Source: Polyangiaceae bacterium
Lineage (GTDB): Bacteria; Myxococcota_A; Polyangia; Polyangiales; Polyangiaceae
DNA length: 64,000 nt
Reading direction: 5' to 3'
Assembly: GCA_050287085.1 (NCBI GenBank)
Contig: JBNKBE010000003.1
Span: 1-64,000 of the forward strand
In this document: piece by piece, positions 40,501-47,030 of the stretch
Layout: every line of letters begins with the position of its first letter
Numbering within the stretch: position 1 is the first letter of the stretch
Notes under the pieces: generated by a model
Told to the model about the DNA's origin: nothing
Seen by the model: only the letters and a program-made list of their open reading frames with translations
The model's database searches: none
Made by a program: the position numbers and the translations under genes

Positions 40501-41059
40501 ACTGCCGAGCGTTGTAGTAGGTCGCCCAGTCCTGAACAATAACGGCCGTCGACCAACCGTCACACACGATATGGTGTGCCGTGAAGACCAGGAAATGCTC
40601 GTCACTGGCGAGCTTGAGCAAGTCAGCCCGAAAGAGAGGCCCCTGCTCGAGGTCGAATGGCTCCTCGACAACCGCAGATAGCCATTGCTGCACTCGTGCG
40701 TCGCGAGCCTCAGACTCGAGGTCCGTCAGATCGAGGGTGCGGAGCGCGGGCTCCAGGGCCGCCACGATACACAGCGAGAGGCCGTCCTGAGTCACCGTTG
40801 AGCGCAAGGCCGCATGGCGCTGCACCACGTCGGCCAGTGCTCTGCGCAGAGGCGCCTCGCGCAGCGGGCCACGCAAGACAAGTGTTACAGACTCGTTGTA
40901 AGCCAGGGACGCGGCGCGGTCGACTTGACACGCGGTCCAGATCTCTCGCTGGGGCGCGGTCGTGGGGACCAGCTCCTCGATTTCAGGTCCCGCAAAAGGA
41001 TCAAAGTCAACGCTATCTGGAGGGTGAGATACGGTCATGAATGGAACTCGATGGGGCAT
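34592..41059 (-). CDS. NRPS: C-A-PCP-C(variant)-A(degenerate)-PCP, no thioesterase
   Basis: C1 HHIVCDG; A YTSGSTGKPKG/GYGPTE/YRTGD/SGK; PCPs LGGHSL (x2); C2 HNIIWDG; second A domain lacks core motifs. Start is 41059 or 41038. Confidence 0.93.
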   Translation of the reverse strand: MPHRVPFMTVSHPPDSVDFDPFAGPEIEELVPTTAPQREIWTACQVDRAASLAYNESVTLVLRGPLREAPLRRALADVVQRHAALRSTVTQDGLSLCIVAALEPALRTLDLTDLESEARDARVQQWLSAVVEEPFDLEQGPLFRADLLKLASDEHFLVFTAHHIVCDGWSTAVIVQDWATYYNARQFELEPELPAADSWQNYALSRALGAGTEAKDEAYWISLFGDGIPIVDLPLDRPRPPQRRYDSRRLDVELPSELVSALRKAGAKHRASLFATLFAGFGAVVHRLSGANDIVVGIPTAGQSVSGLHSLVGHCVNLLPIRTTWDPEESFGSALERVRTSLLDAQDHQGFTYGQLLAKLPVPREPSRPPLVNIVFNLDRGLSGEAIGFDDLETELRTNPRHFENFDLFLNAVELDGRVTLECQYSTQLFDEITVRRWLAGYRTLLEDFVGNSERLVSHLNLLTAEDAALLERWSGREVDFPRDACMHDLVLRQASIRPDAVALSCGDEVLRYGELVAQARSLAQRLRAVGVREGVLVGLCLERKPALVVSLLATHMAGGAYVPLDPDYPPDRLVFMVQDAALGVLVTSRELAESLALPVASVVAVDASELDDAAAADDELATGRATPESVAYVIYTSGSTGKPKGVLVPHRAAVNLLCSVARRPGLTESDVVLAITTLSFDIAVSELWLPLSVGARIELVTREQASDGAVLRDVIEQRGITFVDATPATYRLLLAAGWEGSSSLRLICTGEAMPRDLACDLTQRAAAVYNGYGPTETTVWSSFWQVPQNAERVLIGTPVDNTWIYILDEAGQRVPPGAVGELFIGGDGVTLGYLGRPELSAERFVSDPFRPGCQMYRTGDLGRFVANGEIECLGRNDYQVKLRGFRIELGEIEEGLRSHGVVREAAVVLREDRPGDKRLVGYVSTLAPAPEPAELRAHLGQRLPEYMIPSAFVVLAEMPLTPSGKINRKALPPPTEASMASGAGAFVAPSGELETTIAELWAKVLGVGRVSVEDDFFALGGHSLLAAQVVARLRQEHDLHLSFRDFFEAPTVRRLAAKLAVARSDAPPTAARPPIVKGDESEPAPLSVVQQRLFLLEEMHPAQRIVHNLPAAWRFRGPIDLELLQRSLDVLVSRHALLRMTVGYADVSSGASSEGEGATGSGATTVQRIAKTVNLPIAAVDLRALPAGEREEAALLQIQERNTIPFDLAEGPLFHSTLFRLGDEDYLYYTLRHNIIWDGWSFDLFLNELCEVYSALAAQRAPELPALPVTYADFSRWQATWLDSEEIAEQVAWWQQKLQNAPSELTLPHDHPRPAETQYLGGNLKRSMSAEAVSKLKELGQRHGGTLFTVLCAAYSVLLHRFSGQRDILIGTPVRARVLPEVEGLLGPFINAVVLRISVDPELTFAEHIKHVRDVTLDAFSREEMPLERLGIEPPPVRAFFSFQDARARAQRIGTALVSQVDVEPPKAANDLMVWLMERVDSLVAVANYSSELFEESTIASLLESFVCLLEDAADDPERKLQELRLVQGEVQDAPPSVTAEQYVHQLVAAQSPQAVAVECAGATLSYEELMRQACALAAKLREHAGEGDGVVVALPRSTALVAALVAGFRAGLRVLSVDPEDSSARTERQVRDFEGVVAVVDASADDAAVDDAQARLRDWGIGRCVSLSGGASGAPPALQGRAGLLPVRGKGQRQGLSQAELSAQLRALAFAAKLGGEHRCAAAAAPGSDTLLLELLTPLAAGATLLLAGADVPTEDAIATLLAGGAALALAPEACLGAALEEKAALARLGAALILEPSSDALGRRLRQLGPLVLQATTRLGGRALLLSEVRPGFLVPELGRPLGRTSLRIVDPAGHDVPSGVRGQLVAWLDGRWLPINETDLGAMPPSDPPPAYCNRRGEIFGTWPEELSCVNGFWTDLSAVAEALRAHPSVHACRCCVVSDELGVGRLVAYVEPEAGKSYTETELRQYVRKAAPEALVPVEFVEQLALSGVPDVELPSPFEVDAGPEFTPPRSSTERLLGRLFADALKRSDVSIHDNFFDLGGHSLLCFRLLTELERETGVRLSPRVVLLSSLEQVAAELERQKPELASGSSARDGGATSVDEPVAKDMDSAAVKTGTGPIPEVREGDAKGGLRDRLLRKVKGRVKGFLSRP

Positions 41060-41228
41060 GACGCCGTGTCCACCGCCCCCCGCGGACGACGCGATCTTTG
41101 GGCGCCGGGAAGGCGATGGCTGTGCAAAAGGCGGGTATGTTGGCGGACCTCACTTACGACCGCCCCGCGCGTTGGGCTGCCGCGTTGGCATCAGTACACG
41201 CCGAGGTCGCGTGCGCTGAAGAAAGCGT

Positions 41229-42143
41229 CTAGGAAAAAAGATGTGGCGCGTACGCCGCCGTAGGTGGGTCAATCGACCTTCCCACGAGCTTCTTGAGCCG
41301 CATTTTTCCGCCCGACAGTGCCGTCATGGCGGTCGACATAAGCTGATCACGCCACACGGTCTCACCGATCGGGGGCGGCGTCAGCCCCAGCCGCCGAAGT
41401 TTGAAGTTGGCCTGGTAGGCGGCCCTACGCCGACGTGTCGAGTCGGTGTAGAAGGTGAAGCTCATCGTGACCGACGGGCCATCGCCGTTTTCGACCATGT
41501 GCGGACTTGTGCTCGGCATGAAAGCCCCTTGTCCCGGCTCGAGGTCGAAAACCATGGCTCGCTCTTTCATCCGCTCCGCAAAGGTCACGAGATCTCGCGA
41601 GTGCCAGCCGTGGAAGCGTTCCAACGCGGCTTCCGAAACGACCTCTCGGTCCATGGGGTCCCAAATGTAGACACGTTTGCGGCCCTGAAGCTGAACCAAG
41701 AAATTGTGTTCGGCGTCGATGTGATAGGGTGTGATGGCGCCCGGCGAGGTGATGAAGATCCACCCACCCCGGTAGGACATACCGGGATCGGTGACGTCTA
41801 CGAGGGGCTTGACGCTGTCGAGCACCTCATCGACAAGTGTGCGGTACACCGGGTCGGTCTGGACGTTCAGGAGCGACATCCAAGCTTGGGCCGCGGCCAC
41901 GTCGGCAAGCATGTCACTGGCGCTCTTCTTCGTAGGATGAATCTTCGGCGCATCGTGAAACGATGTACCAGCCTCGGCGGCCGCTGAATGGCTCCGCACC
42001 TGGTTCTGCGCGTCCAATCGGCTACCCAGTTCACGAAGCTTATCGAGCTGCAAGAGTGGGTGCTCACAGAGGTCGTGAGTCACAGGGGTTACTACCCACG
42101 GTTCAAAGCGGCTGTTCGGGAGTTTTATTCGCGGCGTCGTCAT
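41229..42143 (-). CDS. Cupin/JmjC-like putative Fe(II)/2-oxoglutarate oxygenase
   Basis: TPYHID.EHNFL.Q..G.K and PHMVEN give an HxD...H triad; co-oriented upstream of the NRPS. Confidence 0.8.
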   Translation of the reverse strand: MTTPRIKLPNSRFEPWVVTPVTHDLCEHPLLQLDKLRELGSRLDAQNQVRSHSAAAEAGTSFHDAPKIHPTKKSASDMLADVAAAQAWMSLLNVQTDPVYRTLVDEVLDSVKPLVDVTDPGMSYRGGWIFITSPGAITPYHIDAEHNFLVQLQGRKRVYIWDPMDREVVSEAALERFHGWHSRDLVTFAERMKERAMVFDLEPGQGAFMPSTSPHMVENGDGPSVTMSFTFYTDSTRRRRAAYQANFKLRRLGLTPPPIGETVWRDQLMSTAMTALSGGKMRLKKLVGRSIDPPTAAYAPHLFS

Positions 42144-42273
42144 GGTCACCCCATCGCTCGAGTGAGGCACAGGGTTGCCCGAGCCCGCGGCCGCGTCAAG
42201 AGGAGTTATCCCCGCCGTCGATCCGCAAACAGACTCCGCTGCAGGATCTAACCGTGTTAGTCTCGGTCGAGAA

Positions 42274-43074
42274 ATGTTTTCGCGATTGCAGACTCTTCCC
42301 GGCGTAAAGCAAGTCATCAAGGCACGCTTCAACCGCGGGTTCGAAGGCGACTGGGCCGGCAGCTTCCGTGGCGTCTTCAGTACCTTCGAGCAAGCGTCTC
42401 TCAGTGCGCCAGGCACCAAACCGCTCGGCTACAACCATGACGCCGCCAGCGAAATGTATGCGGAGCGCCTGCGAGAAGTAGTGGCGAGCGACTACCCCGT
42501 CATGTTTTGGCTGGGCAAGTTGATGGCCGGCGGCGCCCGGAACCTCTTCGACCTCGGCGGACACGTCGGACTGGCCTGTCACGCCTACCAGCGCTACCTC
42601 GACTTCCCGGACGACTTCAGCTGGACGGTCTATGATGTCCCCGCGGTTCGCGCCACGGGCGAACGCCTCGCCGGGGAGCTGAGTTCGCGCATTTCGCCGC
42701 GGTTCACGGGCGACACGGCAGACGGCGCTGGCGTGGATGTCTTGCTCAGTGCTGGCGCCCTACAATACATCGACGAACCCCGTTTCGACGCGTATCTGGC
42801 GTCTTTGAAGCGGCTTCCTCGCAACATTCTTCTCAGCAAAATACCCCTTGGACACAATCCAGAGTTCGTAACACTGCAGAATATTGGCACAGCCTATTGC
42901 CCCTACCGCATCTTCAACGACCACGAGTTCGTCGCAGGGCTGAAGCGCCTAGGTTACGAGGTACGTGACCGTTGGTTGAATGCTGAGGGCTGCAACATGG
43001 CGCTCAACCCCGAGCTCAGCGTGCCCAACTACACCGGCATGCTGCTGCAGCTGCCAATCGCATCGACGAGCTAG
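42274..43074 (+). CDS. Putative SAM-dependent methyltransferase (TIGR04325/LIC12133-like)
   Basis: DYPVMFWL, DLGGHVG, YDVP, GALQYI, FVTLQNIG and YRIFN motifs. Confidence 0.75.
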   Translation: MFSRLQTLPGVKQVIKARFNRGFEGDWAGSFRGVFSTFEQASLSAPGTKPLGYNHDAASEMYAERLREVVASDYPVMFWLGKLMAGGARNLFDLGGHVGLACHAYQRYLDFPDDFSWTVYDVPAVRATGERLAGELSSRISPRFTGDTADGAGVDVLLSAGALQYIDEPRFDAYLASLKRLPRNILLSKIPLGHNPEFVTLQNIGTAYCPYRIFNDHEFVAGLKRLGYEVRDRWLNAEGCNMALNPELSVPNYTGMLLQLPIASTS

Positions 43075-43174
43075 GCTCGACGGGCTGGGCTCGACGGGCT
43101 GGGCTCGACGGGCTGGGCTCGACGGGCTAGGCTCGACGGGCTGGGCTCGACGGGCTAGGCTCGACGGGCTGGGG
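43063..43174. repeat. 14-bp minisatellite TCGACGGGCT(G/A)GGC, 8 copies
   Basis: Directly visible; the first degenerate copy includes the methyltransferase stop codon. Confidence 0.93.
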
Positions 43175-43343
43175 GCTCTAGCCCGGTACCTGATCGGGAT
43201 GCAGCTGGGTGCATCAGCGTCATCACCGGGTAAACGGCTGCCAGCAAGCAGACGCAGAACAGAACTGCGCCTCATCATCTACGCGCTCTGCGCGACAATC
43301 GCTCACGGAGCTTGGAAGCCACAAACGCGGCCGGGAATAATCC

Positions 43344-44291
43344 ATGAAACAAGCCTACCTTGGAGACGAACGACTGAGCGTCATAGGACTGGGAGCGATG
43401 CCGCTAGCGATCGCGGGCCGCCCCTCGGAAGCGGACGCACGAAACGTCATCAGCGCCGCTTTGGACGCGCAGATGACCTGGATCGACGTGGCCGACTCCT
43501 ACTGCCTCGATCAAGACGACACGGGTTATGGCGAGCAGCTCGTCGCTCGAGCGCTGCGGGACTACGGCACGAGCAAACGGGTGCTCATCGCGACCAAGGC
43601 AGGGTACGTTCGCCCCGGCGGCAACTGGGAGCTCTGCGGACGCCCGGAACACCTGCGCGCCGCGTGCGAACGCAGTCTACGCACGCTCGGGTTGGAAGCG
43701 CTGCCGCTATTTCAGCTCCACGGGGTGGACCCCAAAGTCTATTACCCGGATTCCGTGGGGGCGCTGGCAGATCTCCAGCGCGAAGGCAAAGTCATCCACA
43801 TCGGGCTATGCAACGTAGACGTGGGTCATCTGGAGGATGCTCGCAAGATCATCCGCGTCGCCACGGTGCAAAATCGATGCAACATCCACGAGCGCTGGTG
43901 CTTCGAGAACGGTGTGGTGCCGTGGTGTGAACAACACGGCGCCCTGTTCATCGCCCACAGCACCATGGGGGGACACCAGGGACACAAGCGCACCGCCAGC
44001 AGCGTCACCCTCGCCAATGTCGCCGCCCGACACGAGGTATCGCCCTACCAGATCGCGCTTGCGTGGCTATTGCGCCAATCCCCCGCGCTGCTCGCCATCC
44101 CGGGAGCAAGTCGTCCAGAGAGCGCAATCTCCAGCGCGGCAGCCGCCGAACTGAAGCTCACCACTGCAGACCTTGAAGAACTCGCGAGCGAGTTTCCTCC
44201 GCCGCGGCGCCTGGTCAAGGAACTCAAGCGCGTCAAACAGATCGCGAAAGCCACCCTGCGCCGGCTCAAGGACGCTCGCCGCAGACTCTAG
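43344..44291 (+). CDS. Aldo/keto reductase
   Basis: IGLGAM, DVADSY, ATKAG, FQLH, GLCN, QIALAWL and IPGAS motifs. Confidence 0.92.
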   Translation: MKQAYLGDERLSVIGLGAMPLAIAGRPSEADARNVISAALDAQMTWIDVADSYCLDQDDTGYGEQLVARALRDYGTSKRVLIATKAGYVRPGGNWELCGRPEHLRAACERSLRTLGLEALPLFQLHGVDPKVYYPDSVGALADLQREGKVIHIGLCNVDVGHLEDARKIIRVATVQNRCNIHERWCFENGVVPWCEQHGALFIAHSTMGGHQGHKRTASSVTLANVAARHEVSPYQIALAWLLRQSPALLAIPGASRPESAISSAAAAELKLTTADLEELASEFPPPRRLVKELKRVKQIAKATLRRLKDARRRL

Positions 44292-44309
44292 TGCACCCGC
44301 CGCCCCTTG

Positions 44310-44459
44310 CCGGCACGCAACCGGCCGGCACAACACCGGCCGGCACAACATCGGCCGGCACAACATCGGCCGGCACAACATCGACCGGCACAACATCGAC
44401 CGGCACAACATCGACCGGCACAACATCGACCGGCACAACATCGACCGGCACAACATCGG
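44310..44459. repeat. 15-bp minisatellite CCGGCACAACATCG(A/G), 10 copies
   Basis: Directly visible between two convergent genes; no spacers. Confidence 0.95.
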
Positions 44460-44573
44460 GAGCGCGCCCTCGCCGCTTTGGGTCGCTGGTGGGGTCTTGA
44501 GTCGAACCCTGCCGGCGCGCCGCAACGCCTCCCAAGCAGAAGGACGTCGCGGCCTCTCCGATCTGGCTGCGAG

Positions 44574-45461
44574 CTACGGTGCCGGCAACACGATGCGCCC
44601 GGGGGCGCCGGTGTCTCCGTCAGCGGTGTGGCAGCTATTGCAGTCGCCGTCCGTCTGCGGGGAGTACATCGGTCGTTCACCTTCCGCGGTCACGACCTTG
44701 GCGGTATAGGGCATGGCAATCGGCCCGTTCGCGAAGAAGTTGCCGGAAGTATTCGGCATCAACGTGAGCTCCATGCCATTGGCGTCAGTGATGACGATCG
44801 TCGCCCCCGAATCCGGGCCCGCACCCACGCAGTCATTGGGTTCATGCCCCGTCGGAAAGAGCGTCCCGGCGATAGAAAAGCGAGGGCCTTCCCCCCGCGA
44901 GTGGCAGGCTATGCAAGCCTCTCCGGGCCGCATCCGGGGACTTTCCCGGTCGTTGTTGAACTGCCCACTGGTGCACTGGGCCTCCGCACGTAGTGGATCC
45001 GGAGTCGCACTCGAGTCGTCCGGCGGCATCATATCATTGCCCGCTCCCGCGGTCTCCGCGCCAGCGCCCCCAACGTCGGAGCCTGCGCCGGCCGCTTCCG
45101 GGCCGGCCCCCCCTTCGGAGGCGGTACCCGCCGTACCGGGCTCAGCAGTGGCGCCGCCATCCGAGCCGATGCCCGCGACGCCTTGTCCCCCGCTCCCATC
45201 CGGGCCCGAAGAAGCCCCGCCTGGGCCCCCGCTTTCGTCCGGCGCTCCCGCCTGGCCCCCAGCTGCGGAGCCGGCCATCACATTCGCACCGTCACCATTC
45301 GGCGAGGTTGCCCCTCCCCCTTGCGGGGCTCCCCCCCAAGCTGTCAGCTCATCGGTATCGATGTTTGGATCAGCGCCGCAGGCCGTCAGCGACAACGCAA
45401 CGCCCAACGCGACACAGACGCCGCAAACCCCAATTCGGGGTGCTCCAACTAATTCGGTCAT
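44574..45461 (-). CDS. Diheme c-type cytochrome-like lipoprotein
   Basis: Lipobox LTAC, Gly/Ala linker, two CxxCH motifs (CIACH, CNSCH); RBS GGAG. Confidence 0.75.
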   Translation of the reverse strand: MTELVGAPRIGVCGVCVALGVALSLTACGADPNIDTDELTAWGGAPQGGGATSPNGDGANVMAGSAAGGQAGAPDESGGPGGASSGPDGSGGQGVAGIGSDGGATAEPGTAGTASEGGAGPEAAGAGSDVGGAGAETAGAGNDMMPPDDSSATPDPLRAEAQCTSGQFNNDRESPRMRPGEACIACHSRGEGPRFSIAGTLFPTGHEPNDCVGAGPDSGATIVITDANGMELTLMPNTSGNFFANGPIAMPYTAKVVTAEGERPMYSPQTDGDCNSCHTADGDTGAPGRIVLPAP

Positions 45462-45815
45462 TGTACTCCATCAGAACGGTCGTCGCTGCCGCCATCGGCG
45501 CGGCCGTTCAACGTGCCCCACTGACACGAAGTCACTATCGACCTGAGCCAAGCGGGACATTTTCTCTCGGCGGAACCCCACCACGTCGGCAGTCGAGCGC
45601 CGGCGTCCAGGGTCATTGGGGGGAGCAACGCGGTACCTACACCGGCTCCTCTGCGAGGAGCCGTGGCCGCACCCATGCCGATCTGTGTCCGCAATTCACG
45701 AAAACATGCACACGGAAATTTGATACAAAAGCAGGAAATTCCCGAACGTTGACTGCCACGTGGCAAAAACGCACCGGCCCGCTCCCGCCAGTGCCGTAGC
45801 GACGCCAGCGCAGGT

Positions 45816-46664
45816 TCAAATATTGTTGCAGAACAATGCGACGTCTCGAGGGCTATCGTCCTGCAACTGAATGAAGATCTCGCAGGACGTGTCCAGCCCC
45901 GACAATGTCACCGTAGGCCAACTCGCATTAGCCTCGAAGCTGGCCTGCGCCGCCGCATCGCAACCGTCACCGACCAGAAACCACACAAGGGGCAACTCGG
46001 TGGCATTCTCCTGAGCCAACTGAAGCTTAACTCCCCGCGCTGCCTGATCGGTCCACCATGATGGTGGCGTCAGATGAACACAGTCAACAGACGAGACCTG
46101 AGTCGTCACGTTGAATTCCACCGACGTCGCAGACGCCTGCTCGCAACCTTCGGGAACCGCAACCTGATTCAATCCGGCGTCCGCAGCGCCCGCAGTGCCA
46201 GCCCCCGCAGTGCCCCCGCCCGCGTCGCCGTCGGACGGTGACTCGTCCATCCCGGAAGCGCCGGAGGCACCGCCTGCATCGTCGTCCGGCGCACTCGTAT
46301 CACCCGCAGCGCCCGACGTGCCCGCAGCACCCGCTTTATTGCCGCTTTCGTCATCGGCAGCGCCAGCCCTACCGCCGCTGGCGGCTCCGCCACCATCGTC
46401 TTGGCCATTGTCCTTGTCGCCGCTGCCCGCGGCCGCACCGCCGTTGTTTGAACCTTTTCGGCCCGCTGAAGCGCTCTCATCGTCGACCGCGCCGATCACG
46501 CCGGGATTGTCCCCGCCGTTCGCGCAACCCACCGCCCCCAATGCCAGCGCCCCCCCAGCTATAACCGTGGCTATGAGCCCTGGCCCCACGCCGGCACGCC
46601 CAGCTCTAGCCGAGATATTCCTGACCCTGTCTGCTTCCGAAACTACGCGCATCAACCGTCCCAT
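45816..46664 (-). CDS. Hypothetical lipoprotein
   Basis: Lipobox AVGC, Gly/Asp/Ala linker and a small Cys-containing beta-rich C-terminal domain; start uncertain. Confidence 0.6.
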   Translation of the reverse strand: MGRLMRVVSEADRVRNISARAGRAGVGPGLIATVIAGGALALGAVGCANGGDNPGVIGAVDDESASAGRKGSNNGGAAAGSGDKDNGQDDGGGAASGGRAGAADDESGNKAGAAGTSGAAGDTSAPDDDAGGASGASGMDESPSDGDAGGGTAGAGTAGAADAGLNQVAVPEGCEQASATSVEFNVTTQVSSVDCVHLTPPSWWTDQAARGVKLQLAQENATELPLVWFLVGDGCDAAAQASFEANASWPTVTLSGLDTSCEIFIQLQDDSPRDVALFCNNI

Positions 46665-47030
46665 TCCGATTCTCCACACTGGCGAGCGAGAGGCACGCTG
46701 GCAAAGGGCCACAAGCCCGCGACGAGTGTGTGTTGCACCGCCTACCCCCGACATGCCACATGCACGCGCAGAAGGGTCTTGGTTCACCACGTAGCGTTCA
46801 GGGCAGGACAACCGCTGCCGACAAAGCGCCACCCAGCTAAACTGCTTCAATCCACCACGCAAAGCAAGCCGGCTTGATATGACGCCCCTCGACCGGGCAG
46901 TGCTCACGGATCGTCTGGATCGCGCCTGAGTCGGAATTGACTATCGCGCAAGGGGATCTGCAAAGCTGGACGTATCGATCAGGGACGCCCCCACCGCTTT
47001 TTCGGTGAACTCTGACTGGGCCAGCAGGTG

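Noticed and set aside
43063..44459. Repeat arrays as CRISPR
   Set aside because: Units are 14-15 bp, head-to-tail with no unique spacers, and no cas genes are present.
44067..44993. Repeat-peptide ORFs (MLCRS, AQHRP, AGRCC) as RiPP precursors
   Set aside because: The 15-bp unit is stop-free in all frames, so such ORFs arise automatically; they overlap real genes, and no convincing RBS or modifying enzymes were seen.
45690..45770. AT-richer intergenic patch with palindrome TGCCACGTGGCA as a sigma54 promoter
   Set aside because: No correctly spaced GG(-24)/GC(-12) pair on either strand; it may be an operator but this cannot be supported.
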